Positions 1 through 10,275 are shown, counted from the stretch's first letter. The stretch: 64,000 nucleotides of DNA from Acidimicrobiia bacterium (GCA_026985095.1 JALSQW010000056.1:7144-71143), one strand, 5' to 3'. A program made the numbers and translations. The notes: generated by a model from the letters alone, not told the origin.

Positions 1-20
1 CGGTCGCCGACGGCGACGCC

Positions 21-458
21 GTGCGGGCGGTGACCCTCGGGAACCTCGGGACGGCATCGATGTTCTTCGGGTTCACCATGGTCTTCACGGCCATCGCCTT
101 CGCCATCGCCCGGATCCTGGGAGCGTTCCGGGTCGGAGGGAGCGGCGTTCAGGCCTCGCTCGGCAGCGGGGTGAAGGTGCTCCAGATGCCGACCGTCGGC
201 AAGGCCTTCATCGGTCTCATGGCGATGGGGATGATGATCATCCTGGCCGGGGTCGTCGGCCACGTCGTCGTCGCCACGCAGGTGAACTCGGGCAGCATGT
301 CCCTGCTCCAAGCCGAGCAGTGGGATTGGTGGCTGGAAGCTGCTCGTCGGTTCGGGGTGCAGGTCTACCTGTTCTCGATCCTCCTGGGTCTCGCCACGAT
401 CATCTACGTGGTCCGATTCCAGACCATCAGGATCCGCGAGCTCGCGCAGATCGCCTGA
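21..458 (+). CDS. hypothetical integral membrane protein; the frame is open to base 1, so it may be 5'-partial
   Basis: The 145-aa ORF is hydrophobic with a high GC3 bias. There is no upstream stop inside the window. I recognise no family. Confidence 0.4.
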   Translation: MRAVTLGNLGTASMFFGFTMVFTAIAFAIARILGAFRVGGSGVQASLGSGVKVLQMPTVGKAFIGLMAMGMMIILAGVVGHVVVATQVNSGSMSLLQAEQWDWWLEAARRFGVQVYLFSILLGLATIIYVVRFQTIRIRELAQIA

Positions 459-508
459 ACGGACGGAGCGCTGGAGGGTCGCCGAACGGCGACCCTCCAG
501 CGCGCCCA

Positions 509-1816
509 TCAGTCGATGCGCGGGACCGTGTCGACCGTGGAGACCTCGGGCAGTCCTTGCGCTGCGCACGCCGACTTCGGCGAGGACCCCACGATCGCGT
601 CGGCGGGTTCGACGAGACGGCGCAGCAGCGCCAGGATCGGTAGGGCTGCCGCGGTGACGACCCCGGCCGTCACGTAGCCTGCCGCGAGACCCTGTCGATC
701 CGAGAGGCGTCCGAGACCGACCTGGCCGAGCACGCTGCCGCCCGATCCGATCATCGAATCGAACGACACCACGGTGGCCCGCTCGGCCGACGGGATGACC
801 TGATGCAGGTACCCCTGCTTGACCGGCGACAGGACACCGGTCGACCCCATCACCACGAGCAGCAGCCCGGTCGCCGCCCAGAACGACGAGGTGAGTCCCA
901 TCCCCACCGCGGCTGCGGCCTCGACCCCGACCGCCCACAACAGGAGCGTCGATCGCCTGCCGCAGACGCGGGTCAGTCGATCGGCGATGCCGTTGCCGAG
1001 CATCATCGCCACGGCGATGGCTCCCGCGACGGCGCCGGCCACCCACACCGCATCGGCATCCAGCAGCTCGAGCAGGTACGGCGGCCAGGCGTAGAACATC
1101 CAGGTCAGCACGCCCCCTTGGACGAACGAGACGCCCATGAGCAGCCGAACCGAGCGCCGGTCCCATCCGTGGCGGATCCCGGCGAGGGCGATCCGGCGCA
1201 TCTCCGACGGGTAGGCACCCAGCGGGATCCTGCGGGTCTCGAACCCCACGTCGTGCATCCCCGCCGCGGCCAGGGAGAACACGATCGCCAACAAGGCCGC
1301 ACGGACGACATAGGGCAGGGCCAGGGACACCTGTCCGAGGAACCCGCCGCCGACGGTCCCCACCAGCATCGCCGCCCCGGTCACGTAGCCGCCCTTGGCG
1401 AACACCGAGTCCAATGGACCGTCGAAGTCGGTCGTCGCCAAGGCATCGACGAGCCACGCCTCCACCGCCCCCGAATAGAACGTGAAGCCCAACCCGAGGA
1501 GCACCGACGCCGCGGAGAACGCGACGACGCCCGCCTCGATGTCGTAGAGCCACAGGTACAGCAGCGTGCCGGTGAACAGCACCACGATCGACGCCAGGAA
1601 CGAGATCCGCCTCCCCGAGGTGTCGGCGACGACCCCGGTCGGGATCTCGAAGAGCATCATCCCCGCCGTGAACGCCGCGTTGGCCACGAACACCTCGGTG
1701 ATCGTCAAGCCGGCCGCGAGGAGGAACAAGGTGTTGACCCCCCAGATGAGCGACGCCGACAGCGTGTAGAGGCCGGCGATGGCGAGGTACGTGCCGATGA
1801 CGCGTCGAGAGGTCAC
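509..1816 (-). CDS. MFS transporter
   Basis: 435 aa with about 12 predicted TM helices. It has an MFS-like 'GxxADxxGRR' motif in the loop after the second TM helix and a duplicated 6+6 TM architecture. Confidence 0.8.
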   Translation of the reverse strand: MTSRRVIGTYLAIAGLYTLSASLIWGVNTLFLLAAGLTITEVFVANAAFTAGMMLFEIPTGVVADTSGRRISFLASIVVLFTGTLLYLWLYDIEAGVVAFSAASVLLGLGFTFYSGAVEAWLVDALATTDFDGPLDSVFAKGGYVTGAAMLVGTVGGGFLGQVSLALPYVVRAALLAIVFSLAAAGMHDVGFETRRIPLGAYPSEMRRIALAGIRHGWDRRSVRLLMGVSFVQGGVLTWMFYAWPPYLLELLDADAVWVAGAVAGAIAVAMMLGNGIADRLTRVCGRRSTLLLWAVGVEAAAAVGMGLTSSFWAATGLLLVVMGSTGVLSPVKQGYLHQVIPSAERATVVSFDSMIGSGGSVLGQVGLGRLSDRQGLAAGYVTAGVVTAAALPILALLRRLVEPADAIVGSSPKSACAAQGLPEVSTVDTVPRID

Positions 1817-1954
1817 TGTCCGACCCTAGGCCGCGACGGCGCCCGGCGTCGCCGATCTGTCGGCAACGCTCCGGTCGGCCGCACAGGGCGAGGATCCGTG
1901 TGCTAGGCATGTGGGGAGCTATCGCCTCGCTGGGGCACAGAAGGAGAACCACGT

Positions 1955-3730
1955 ATGCAGCGCACTCGAAGGAGATCCATGGGACGGTTCACGACGTTGC
2001 TCGTTGCCGTCCTCATCGCCGGACTCGCCGCTCCCGTCGCCGCGGGTGCTCATGGGTCCGACGACCGCGACGAACGACCCGACCACGGCAGAGAGGAACG
2101 CGAGCGCGACATCGTCGACCTCCGGTTCCTGACGTTCTCGGACTGGCACGGTCAGATCGATCCGCTGTTCGTCTTCGGTCAAGGGACCTTCGGCGGTGCC
2201 GCCGAGCTGTCGAGCTACTTTCGCGCCGAGGAGGCGGACAACCCGAACACCTTGATCTTCACCGCAGGGGACGCCTACGGGGCCTCGCCGCCGTTGTCGA
2301 GCTTCTTCGGTGAGGAACCGGCGGTGCGTTCCATGCGCCTCATGGGGGTCGATGCCGACGGTCTCGGCAACCACAACTTCGATCGTGGGATCGCCCCCTT
2401 GCAAGGGCTCGTCGACATCGCGCGGAGTCACAGCGCCAACGAGCCGGGCGACCCCTTCGTGTACGTCTCGGCCAACCTGAAGAACCGCAGGAACCAGCTC
2501 AAGCACGTGAAGGACTTCCAGATCTTCGAGATCGATGACGTCAAGGTGGCGGTCATCGGGGTCATCAACCCGGAAGCGCCGACGCTCGTGTTCCCTGGAT
2601 CGTTCGGCGACCTCCGGATCACCGACCCGGTGAAGGCGGCCAACCGGGCCCGCCGGAAGGCCCAGCGCCGCGGCGCGGACGTGTTCGTCCTCCTCGCCCA
2701 CATGGGCGTCACCGATTTCGACGCGTCCGGGGCGCCGATCGGACCGCTCGTCGACCTGGCCAACGGCGTGCGCGGCTTCGACGTGATCGTCGGCGACCAC
2801 ACGAACGTCGAGTTCGCCGGCGAGATCAACGGCGCGTTGGTGGTCGAGAACCGGAGCAAGGGGCGCACCTACGCCCGGGTGGACGTCCAGGTGGAGGAAC
2901 GCCGCAAGCATCGGTTCCGCATCACCGACCGCTCGGCGACCTTCGTGGAGCCGGTCAGCTCGGCCGTCACCCCCGACCCGGAGATCGTGTCGTTCCTCGA
3001 GCCGCTGCGCGCTCAGCTCAACGCCATCTTGGGGACCGTGATCGGACAGTCGACGGTCTTCATCCCGAGGGCCGACGAGTGCGGGCAGTCCTCCGGCCGA
3101 ACCTGCGAATCGCTGGTCGGCGATGTGGTGACCGACGCCCTGCGTGATCGCTACGGCACGGACTTCGCCATCACCAACTCGGGCGGCCTGCGCGCCGACC
3201 TGACCTGTCCGACGACCGACGACCCGAACGACCTGTGCCCCGCTCCCGACGGCGGCGACTTCGAGATCACCGCGGGTCAGGTGCTGACCGTCCTGCCCTT
3301 CGGCAACTCGGCGGTCACCTTGTCGGTGACGGGCGACGAGCTGAAGCAGCACCTCGAGCAGGGCGTGTCGGCCATGCCCGGTGTGTCGGGCCGCTTCGCT
3401 CAGGTGTCGGGCCTCTGCTTCACCTACGACATCGATGCTCCGGTCGGCAGCAGGGTGCTCTCTGCGGTGTTCCAGAACGCGGACGGAACGTGCTCGGCCA
3501 CGGCGGTCGACCTGTCGGCGGCGAGCACCTACACCCTGGCCGAGAACGACTTCATGGCCAGCGGCGGCGACGGGTACCCGAACCTCATCTCGAGGGCGGT
3601 GACCAGGGACCTGCTCGATCAGGTCGTGTCCGACTACATCGCGGCGACCACGCCGATCACGCCGACCATCGACGGACGGATCACGTGTACCGCATCGGCG
3701 GGCGGAACCTGCCCGGCGCCGCTGCCCTAG
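1955..3730 (+). CDS. secreted 5'-nucleotidase / UDP-sugar hydrolase family metallophosphoesterase
   Basis: N-terminal signal peptide. Calcineurin-like motifs are present (DWHG, GNHNFD). The C-terminal 5'-nucleotidase substrate-binding region is present. An AAGGAGA ribosome-binding site lies 8 nt upstream of the ATG. Confidence 0.8.
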   Translation: MQRTRRRSMGRFTTLLVAVLIAGLAAPVAAGAHGSDDRDERPDHGREERERDIVDLRFLTFSDWHGQIDPLFVFGQGTFGGAAELSSYFRAEEADNPNTLIFTAGDAYGASPPLSSFFGEEPAVRSMRLMGVDADGLGNHNFDRGIAPLQGLVDIARSHSANEPGDPFVYVSANLKNRRNQLKHVKDFQIFEIDDVKVAVIGVINPEAPTLVFPGSFGDLRITDPVKAANRARRKAQRRGADVFVLLAHMGVTDFDASGAPIGPLVDLANGVRGFDVIVGDHTNVEFAGEINGALVVENRSKGRTYARVDVQVEERRKHRFRITDRSATFVEPVSSAVTPDPEIVSFLEPLRAQLNAILGTVIGQSTVFIPRADECGQSSGRTCESLVGDVVTDALRDRYGTDFAITNSGGLRADLTCPTTDDPNDLCPAPDGGDFEITAGQVLTVLPFGNSAVTLSVTGDELKQHLEQGVSAMPGVSGRFAQVSGLCFTYDIDAPVGSRVLSAVFQNADGTCSATAVDLSAASTYTLAENDFMASGGDGYPNLISRAVTRDLLDQVVSDYIAATTPITPTIDGRITCTASAGGTCPAPLP

Positions 3731-3784
3731 CCGTCGGATCGGGCGTTCGTCGCGACGGGATCGGTCGCGACGAACGCCCGACGG

Positions 3785-4297
3785 TCATTCCGAGGCCAGG
3801 TTCCGGTAGGTCGCCGCGAAGCGCAGGTAGGTGTCGACACCGTGGTCCTGGCGGGTGATCTCGGTTTCGGTGAGGTCCCGCACCGGTCTGGCGGGGATCC
3901 CGACCGCCAGCGTCCACGGTGGGATCTCCTTGCCTTCGGGGAGGATCGAGCCGGCAGCCAGCCAGGCCCCGTCACCGACCCGGGAGCCGTTGAGCACGAT
4001 GGCGCCGATGCCGATGAGGCAGTGATCGCCGACGGTGGCGCCGTGGACGATCGCGCCGTGGCCGACGGTCACCCGGCGGCCGATGGCGCACGGCACGCCC
4101 TCGTCGGCGTGGAACACGGCATTGTCCTGGAGGTTCGTCTCGTCACCGACCGAGATCGGGGCGAGTTCCGCTCGCATGACGACCCCGAACATGACGGCCG
4201 CGAGGCGGCCGATCTGGACATCGCCGTAGATGCGGGCGGTCGGCGCGACGAACGCCGTCGGGTCGATGGTGGCGGCAGGGAGGTCCATGGGTTCCAT
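3785..4297 (-). CDS. gamma-class carbonic anhydrase family protein (hexapeptide-repeat, PaaY/YrdA-like)
   Basis: 170 aa with left-handed beta-helix hexapeptide repeats and conserved His ligands (HADEG, HGA.VHGATVG). Confidence 0.75.
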   Translation of the reverse strand: MEPMDLPAATIDPTAFVAPTARIYGDVQIGRLAAVMFGVVMRAELAPISVGDETNLQDNAVFHADEGVPCAIGRRVTVGHGAIVHGATVGDHCLIGIGAIVLNGSRVGDGAWLAAGSILPEGKEIPPWTLAVGIPARPVRDLTETEITRQDHGVDTYLRFAATYRNLASE

Positions 4298-4360
4298 GGG
4301 CGGTCACCGTAGCGCGATCCGGCCTCGGGTTCGCGGCGCTCTCGGCGGTACGCTGGTGCG

Positions 4361-7102
4361 ATGGACATCGACGAGATCGACGGTGCCTTCCGGGAGGCGG
4401 ACGAATCGCTCCGTGCGGACATCCGTCGGGTCGGAGCGCAACTCGGCGAGGCCCTCGTCCGTCAGCACGGCAGCGGGTTGCTGGAGCGTGTCGAGGCGGT
4501 CCGAGGGATGGCCAAGCGTGCTCGTGGCGGCGACACGGCTGCGGGGGCCGAACTCCGTGCGCTCGTCGAAGCCATGCCGGTGGGGGACACCATCCCGCTC
4601 GTGCGGGCCTTCACGACCTACTTCCGCCTCGCCAACGCCGTCGAGCAGGTCCATCGGGTGGGCGACCTGGCCGCCGAGTCCCGCACCCCGCCGATGGTCG
4701 ATGCGGTGGATCGCATCGCCGCCGCCGGGTTGCCGTCGGAGCTGATCGGGAAGATCTCGGACGAGCTCGAGCTGCGACCGGTGCTCACGGCCCATCCGAC
4801 CGAAGCGGCTCGCCGGACGCTGCAGGTGAAGCTGCGGACGATCGCCGAGCTGCTCGAGGATCGGCTCGATCCCCGCTCCACGGCCCTCGAGATCGACCGG
4901 ATCGACCGTCGGATCGCGGAGCTGATCGACGAGATCTGGGAGACCGACGAGCTCCGAGTCGAGAAGCCGACCCCCCTCGACGAGGCCCGATCGATGATCT
5001 TCTACCTGGATCAGCTGCATCGAGCGGTGATGGCCGACCTCGCCGAGGAGGTGGATCTGCAGCTCGGTCGCCTCGTTCCCAGCAGCACCGAACGTGTCGC
5101 GATCCGGTTCGGCACCTGGGTCGGCGGGGACCGTGACGGCAACCCCGCCGTCACCCCGGAGGTGACCCTCGACGTCCTGCGCCTCCAGCACCAGCACGGG
5201 ATCCGCGACCTCATCGAGGATGTCGAGTCCCTCGCCGAGGAGCTGTCGGTGTCGGCGCGGATCTGGCCGGTGTCCGACGAGCTCATCGGGTCCCTGGACC
5301 GTGACCGGGAGCTGTTGCCCGACACCTGGCGCCGTTTCCGGTCGCTCAACGCGTACGAGCCGTACCGGCTCAAGTTGGCCTACGTCCACCGCCGGCTCCA
5401 CGCCACCTCCGAGCGGATCCTCGAGGGCAGCGTCCACATCCCCGGCGTCGACTACGCAGGGCCGGGGGAGCTCTTGGCCGATCTCCGCATCGTGCAGCGG
5501 TCCCTCGACGAGCATGCCGGCGGCTTGATGGCCCGCGGGTCGGTGGCGCGGCTGATCAGGAAGGTGGAGACGTTCGGGTTCCATCTGGCCACCATGGACG
5601 TCCGTGCCCACGCCGAGCGGCACCACGAGACGCTCGTGACGCTGTACCGCCGGATCGGGGTCGACTACGGGAGCCTCGACGCCGGCCGACGGGCCGAGAT
5701 GCTGGGTCGGGATCTCGCCGGGGGGAGGCCGATCGCTCCCGCCGGCGCCGTCGGTCCGTCCTTGGGTGACACCTTCGGCACGTTCGTGGCGATCCGCGAG
5801 GCGCTCGACGCGTACGGGCCGCGGGTCATCGAGTCGTACATCGTGTCGATGACCCGTGACGTCGACGACATCTTGGCGGCGGTGGTCCTGGCCAGGGAGG
5901 CCGGCCTCGTGGACATCCCCGGCGGCGTCGCCCGCGTGGGGTTCGTTCCGCTCCTCGAGACGATCGAGGAGGTGCGACGAGCCGGCGAGTTCCTTGACCG
6001 TCTCCTGACGGTGTCGCCGTACCGGCGCTTGGTCGAGCTGCGGGACGACCTGCAGGAGGTCATGCTGGGCTACTCGGACTCCAACAAGCAAGGCGGGATC
6101 ACCACCAGCCAGTGGGAGATCTACAAGGCACAGCGGGAGCTGCGCGATGCCGCGGCTCGCCACGGGGTGACGCTGCGTCTGTTCCACGGCCGCGGTGGGA
6201 CCGTTGGCCGGGGAGGAGGGCCGACGCACGAGGCGATCCTCGCGCAGCCCTTCGGCACGATCGAGGGGGCGCTCAAGGTGACCGAGCAGGGGGAGGTCGT
6301 TTCCGACAAGTACGGGCTCCCGAAGCTGGCGAGCCGGAACCTGGAGCTCGCGGTCGCCTCGGTCCTGGAGGCGTCGCTCCTCCATCGCGAGCCGCGTCAG
6401 CCGGCGGAGGTCCTGGCGCGATGGGACGAGGCCATGGATCACATGTCCGCGGCGGCGTATCGCGCCTATCGGGGCCTGGTCGAGGATCCCGATCTGGTCG
6501 CCTATTTCCTCGCCTCGACGCCCGTGGAGGAACTGGCCGAGATGAACATCGGATCGCGTCCGTCGCGGCGCCCGGGGGGTGGCGGGGGCCTCGAGGACCT
6601 GCGGGCGATCCCCTGGGTGTTCGGGTGGACCCAGTCCCGCCAGATCGTGCCGGGGTGGTTCGGTGTCGGGACGGGATTGGAGGCCTTGGAGCGGGCAGGC
6701 GAGTGGCCGCGGGCGGTGGAGATGTGGCGCGAGTGGTCCTTCTTCCGGACGTTCCTGTCGAACGTCGAGATGACCTTGGCCAAGACCGACCTGGTGGTCG
6801 CCCGGTCCTATGTGGAGCAGCTCGTTGCGCGGTCGAGGTGGCACATCTTCGAGGCGATCGAGGACGAACATGCGCGCACGGTGGCTGCCATCGGCAGGCT
6901 CACGGGTCGCCCGCTGCTCGCCGACAACCCGATCCTCGCTCGGACCCTTCGGGTTCGGGACGCGTACCTGGACCCGATCAACCATCTCCAGGTGTCGCTG
7001 CTGGCGCGGTCGCGCAGCGGGACCGAGCCCGACCCGGAGCTGCGCCGGGCGCTGCTGTTGACCGTCAACGGTATCGCCGCCGGGATGCGGAACACGGGGT
7101 GA
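4361..7102 (+). CDS. ppc: phosphoenolpyruvate carboxylase
   Basis: 913 aa. It has the PEPC signatures TAHPTE, VMLGYSDSNKQGG and FHGRGGTVGRGGGP. Confidence 0.95.
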   Translation: MDIDEIDGAFREADESLRADIRRVGAQLGEALVRQHGSGLLERVEAVRGMAKRARGGDTAAGAELRALVEAMPVGDTIPLVRAFTTYFRLANAVEQVHRVGDLAAESRTPPMVDAVDRIAAAGLPSELIGKISDELELRPVLTAHPTEAARRTLQVKLRTIAELLEDRLDPRSTALEIDRIDRRIAELIDEIWETDELRVEKPTPLDEARSMIFYLDQLHRAVMADLAEEVDLQLGRLVPSSTERVAIRFGTWVGGDRDGNPAVTPEVTLDVLRLQHQHGIRDLIEDVESLAEELSVSARIWPVSDELIGSLDRDRELLPDTWRRFRSLNAYEPYRLKLAYVHRRLHATSERILEGSVHIPGVDYAGPGELLADLRIVQRSLDEHAGGLMARGSVARLIRKVETFGFHLATMDVRAHAERHHETLVTLYRRIGVDYGSLDAGRRAEMLGRDLAGGRPIAPAGAVGPSLGDTFGTFVAIREALDAYGPRVIESYIVSMTRDVDDILAAVVLAREAGLVDIPGGVARVGFVPLLETIEEVRRAGEFLDRLLTVSPYRRLVELRDDLQEVMLGYSDSNKQGGITTSQWEIYKAQRELRDAAARHGVTLRLFHGRGGTVGRGGGPTHEAILAQPFGTIEGALKVTEQGEVVSDKYGLPKLASRNLELAVASVLEASLLHREPRQPAEVLARWDEAMDHMSAAAYRAYRGLVEDPDLVAYFLASTPVEELAEMNIGSRPSRRPGGGGGLEDLRAIPWVFGWTQSRQIVPGWFGVGTGLEALERAGEWPRAVEMWREWSFFRTFLSNVEMTLAKTDLVVARSYVEQLVARSRWHIFEAIEDEHARTVAAIGRLTGRPLLADNPILARTLRVRDAYLDPINHLQVSLLARSRSGTEPDPELRRALLLTVNGIAAGMRNTG

Positions 7103-7110
7103 GGTGGCGG

Positions 7111-7138
7111 CGTGGACCGTCGGGAACCCGACGGTCCG
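7111..7138 (+). terminator. putative intrinsic terminator hairpin after ppc
   Basis: Perfect 11-bp inverted repeat ggaccgtcggg-aa-cccgacggtcc, 9 nt after the ppc stop. No clear U-tract follows. Confidence 0.45.
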
Positions 7139-7198
7139 GAATGCCGGGGGACTGTCGCGGGCTTGACAGGATCGTCATCGAAGTGAGCGGGAGGGACG

Positions 7199-8017
7199 AT
7201 GTCCTCATTGCCGGAACTGCCAGTGGATTGGGAGCCCACGCGGGCGACGTTGCACGCCTACGCCAAGGCCGTCGGGGTGCTCCCGCGGGCGTTCGCCGTG
7301 TTCCATCCGAAGTGGTGGCACATCTCCTTGAAGGTCCGGCCCGACGGTCTCGTGACCGAGCCGATGCCCCTGCCCGATGGGGGGACGGCGTTCGTGCGGA
7401 TGGATCTGCGCACCCATCGGGCCATCGTGGAATCGAGCCATGGGGACCGCGTCGAGTTCCCTCTGGACGCGGGGACGACCGCGACCGATCTGGGGGACGC
7501 CCTGGTCGCTGCCGTCGCCGAGCTCGGGCTCGCCGGTGAGGTCGATCGAGCCAAGTACGACGACGACGAGCGGCGGGTGTACGACGCGACGGCCGCGGCC
7601 GCGTACTTCGATCTCGTCCAGGTCGTCGACACCGTGTTCACCCGGCATCGCAACACCCTCGAGGGTGTGGTCGGACCGATCCAGTTGTGGCCCCATGGGT
7701 TCGATCTCGCCTTCGAGTGGTTCGGGACCCGCGTGGAGACCTACGAGGAGGACGGCGAGACGGGCGAGTACCCTTCGCAGCTCAATCTGGGCTTCTACCC
7801 GGCCGGCGACGCCTACTTCTACTCGAACCCGTGGCCCTTCGAGCGCGATCGACTGGTGGGCCGTGCGTTGCCGGCTCCGGCGCGCTGGCACACCGAGGGT
7901 TGGGAAGGCACGATCCTTCCGTATGACGAGATCCGTGCCGATCCCGATGCCACCGACACGCTCCTCGCCTTCGCCCGGGCGGTGCACGAGATCGCCGCGC
8001 CGACGCTGATGGCCTGA
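7199..8017 (+). CDS. conserved hypothetical protein
   Basis: 272-aa ORF with coding-like GC3. I recognise no catalytic motif. Confidence 0.55.
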   Translation: MSSLPELPVDWEPTRATLHAYAKAVGVLPRAFAVFHPKWWHISLKVRPDGLVTEPMPLPDGGTAFVRMDLRTHRAIVESSHGDRVEFPLDAGTTATDLGDALVAAVAELGLAGEVDRAKYDDDERRVYDATAAAAYFDLVQVVDTVFTRHRNTLEGVVGPIQLWPHGFDLAFEWFGTRVETYEEDGETGEYPSQLNLGFYPAGDAYFYSNPWPFERDRLVGRALPAPARWHTEGWEGTILPYDEIRADPDATDTLLAFARAVHEIAAPTLMA

Positions 8018-8042
8018 CGCGCTGCAGCGATCGGGGGCCGGG

Positions 8043-8228
8043 TCAGGCTTCGGTCCTGAGTCGTCTGATCTCTTCGGCGATGTCCGCGGCAGCTTGCTCG
8101 AGGTCTCGTTGACGTTCCTCGAGCAGGGCCAGGATGTCGTCGGTGCTCGCCCGGTGGTGGCCGCCGCCACAGCAGCGGCCGCGATCCATGCCTCGAGGCA
8201 TGCCTCGACGCATGCCTCGACGCATGCC
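8043..8228 (-). CDS. small coiled-coil protein downstream of padR; its N-terminus lies in a 12-bp tandem repeat (RRGM repeats)
   Basis: The frame continues from a 124-aa ORF. Four in-frame ATGs lie within repeats encoding MRRGMRRGMPRGM. The C-terminal 30 aa are a charged helix (DDILALLEERQRDLEQAAADIAEEIRRL). The start choice is uncertain. Confidence 0.35.
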   Translation of the reverse strand, partial: GMRRGMRRGMPRGMDRGRCCGGGHHRASTDDILALLEERQRDLEQAAADIAEEIRRLRTEA

Positions 8229-8234
8229 TCGGGT
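8187..8234. repeat. 12-bp tandem repeat x4 (catgcctcgacg, imperfect at the ends)
   Basis: Seen directly: catgcctcgagg catgcctcgacg catgcctcgacg catgcctcgggt. Each unit carries an in-frame ATG on the minus strand. Confidence 0.8.
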
Positions 8235-8263
8235 GGTTCGCCCGTCGGTGTGTTCGCTGCAAC

Positions 8264-8701
8264 TCACGCTGGTGCTCCTTGTTCGTATCGGCCGATGAAG
8301 TCGGCGATGGATGTGTGGGTTCGCCTCAGTGCCTCCGCCCAGGCGTCGAGGAGATCCCGACCCTCCGGCGTCAACTCGTAGGTCCGTTTCGATCGTCCGG
8401 GGAGGTCGTGACGCCACTGGCTCGTCACGATCCCTTCTGCCTCGAGCGACCGGAGGAGGCGGTAGAGGTTGCCGATGTCGACGCCGCCTTCCGCCAAGCC
8501 GGTGGAGAGGCGATCGAGGAGGTCGTAGCCGTGGGTGGGCCCGTTGCGGATCGCCAGGAGTAGCTCCGGCTCGATCGAACGGGCCACCTTGGCGTCGACC
8601 TGCCAGGTCCCGTCGGAGGCCTTCCGCCGGAAGCGGCTGGCCCGCGGGCCGCGTCGTCGGCCTCGGTGGTGTCCACGCTGATGCATGTCCACAGCATACA
8701 T
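8264..8701 (-). CDS. PadR family transcriptional regulator
   Basis: Winged-helix PadR signature (GPTHGYDLLDRL...GNLYRLLRSLEAEGIVTSQW). The N-terminal start is uncertain. Confidence 0.75.
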   Translation of the reverse strand: MYAVDMHQRGHHRGRRRGPRASRFRRKASDGTWQVDAKVARSIEPELLLAIRNGPTHGYDLLDRLSTGLAEGGVDIGNLYRLLRSLEAEGIVTSQWRHDLPGRSKRTYELTPEGRDLLDAWAEALRRTHTSIADFIGRYEQGAPA

Positions 8702-8784
8702 GTCATGAACATATATGTGGCGAAGAAGGCCCGCCGCTCGTACCTCGCAGCATCAGGGCTCGTCGGCGGCGGTAACGTACGGGC

Positions 8785-10158
8785 ATGGAGCCGCATGCGA
8801 CGAGCCTGTGGGAGACGACCGCCGGAGCCCGGCAACGGCGTCCGGCCCTGCCCAACGACATCGCCGTGGACGTCGCGATCGTCGGTGGCGGCTACACCGG
8901 CCTGTGGACGGCGCACGCCCTCAAGACCACCGACCCCGCCTTGCGGGTGGCCCTCGTCGAAGCCGAGCACGTCGGCTTCGGCGCTTCCGGGCGCAACGGC
9001 GGCTGGGTCTCCGGCAAGCTGTCGGGCCTCGACATGCTGCTCGCCGACCCCCGCGGACGCTCCTCGGCCGTCCGGCTGCAACGGGAGATGATCGACACCG
9101 TCTCCCGTATCGGTGACGTCATCTACGACGAGGGCATCGAATGCGGCTGGGCGCACGGCGGCACGATCGTCGCCGCCACCCGACCTCCACACGTCGACCG
9201 CCTGAAGGAGACCATCGAGCTTCGACACGCGGTCGGCTTCGGTGAGGAGGACTACCGATGGCTCGACGCCACCGAGGCACGAGCGCGGCTCGGAACCTCG
9301 CGGAGCTACGGCGCCTCCTACACGCCGCACTGCGCCGCGGTGGATCCCCTGCGACTCGCCCGCGGCCTCGCCGACACGATCGAACGCCTCGGCGTGGACA
9401 TCTACGAGGGGACCGCGGCCCGCCGGATCGCTCCGGGCATGGTCCGAACGGACCACGGCGACGTCCGGGCCGAGATCGTCGTCCGGGCGACCGAGGCGTA
9501 CACGGCTCGGTTCCCGGAGCTCCGACGCGAGATGGTGCCGGTCTACTCGCTCATGATCTCCACGGCTCCCCTCGACGACGCCACCTGGTCGCAGATCGGG
9601 CTGCAGCGACGGGAGACGTTCTCCGACGGCAGGAAGCAGGTCATCTACGGTCAGCGGACCGACGACGGCCGCCTGGCGTTCGGCGGTCGGGGAGCCCCCT
9701 ACCACTACGGATCACGGATCCGACCCTCCTACGACTCGGAACCCGCGGTCTTCCGGAGCCTGCAGGAGACCCTCGGCGATCTCTTCCCGATCCTCGAGGG
9801 GGTCGAGATCGACCACCGCTGGGGTGGTCCCCTGGCCGTCACCAGAGACTGGCTGCCGACGGTCACCTTCGACCGTGACACCAAGATCGGATGGGCCGGG
9901 GGTTATGCCGGCCAGGGTGTGGCGACGGCGAACCTCGCCGGGAGGATCATGTCCGACCTGATCCTGGGGCGGGACACCGACATCACGTCGCTCCCCATCG
10001 TGGGGCATCGCTCCCGACGTTGGGAGCCCGAGCCGCTGCGCTGGCTCGGGATCAACGTCGGGTTGGCGATGAGCAAACACGTCGACCGCTCCGAAGACCG
10101 AACGGGCGAGGCCGCTCGACGCCGCAGCGCCGTGATGAAGCGGCTCATCGGTCTGTAG
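8785..10158 (+). CDS. FAD-dependent oxidoreductase (DAO family, amine/gamma-glutamyl-amine oxidase-like)
   Basis: N-terminal Rossmann fold dinucleotide-binding motif VAIVGGGYTGLW. 457 aa, typical DAO-family length. Confidence 0.75.
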   Translation: MEPHATSLWETTAGARQRRPALPNDIAVDVAIVGGGYTGLWTAHALKTTDPALRVALVEAEHVGFGASGRNGGWVSGKLSGLDMLLADPRGRSSAVRLQREMIDTVSRIGDVIYDEGIECGWAHGGTIVAATRPPHVDRLKETIELRHAVGFGEEDYRWLDATEARARLGTSRSYGASYTPHCAAVDPLRLARGLADTIERLGVDIYEGTAARRIAPGMVRTDHGDVRAEIVVRATEAYTARFPELRREMVPVYSLMISTAPLDDATWSQIGLQRRETFSDGRKQVIYGQRTDDGRLAFGGRGAPYHYGSRIRPSYDSEPAVFRSLQETLGDLFPILEGVEIDHRWGGPLAVTRDWLPTVTFDRDTKIGWAGGYAGQGVATANLAGRIMSDLILGRDTDITSLPIVGHRSRRWEPEPLRWLGINVGLAMSKHVDRSEDRTGEAARRRSAVMKRLIGL

Positions 10159-10275
10159 CGGATCCCGTCGGCCGGCGAGATCCTCGCACCGATCCCACCG
10201 ATCCCCCCTCGAGGCCATCGAGGACGACCGCCTCGAGGAGGCACCCCGGCGGCCGCCAGGCACTAGCGTCGACCC

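Noticed and set aside
803-1906. 367-aa plus-strand ORF (Arg/Pro/His/Gly-rich)
   Set aside because: It lies entirely antisense to the well-supported MFS transporter gene. Its low-complexity R/P/H/D composition is typical of off-frame translation in high-GC DNA.
1919-3352. 477-aa minus-strand ORF
   Set aside because: It is antisense to the 5'-nucleotidase gene and its composition looks like an artefact.
4304-6985. 893-aa minus-strand ORF
   Set aside because: It is antisense to ppc (an unambiguous PEPC) and has R/P/D-rich junk composition.
8425-9705. 426-aa minus-strand ORF
   Set aside because: It is antisense to the FAD-dependent oxidoreductase and lacks motifs.
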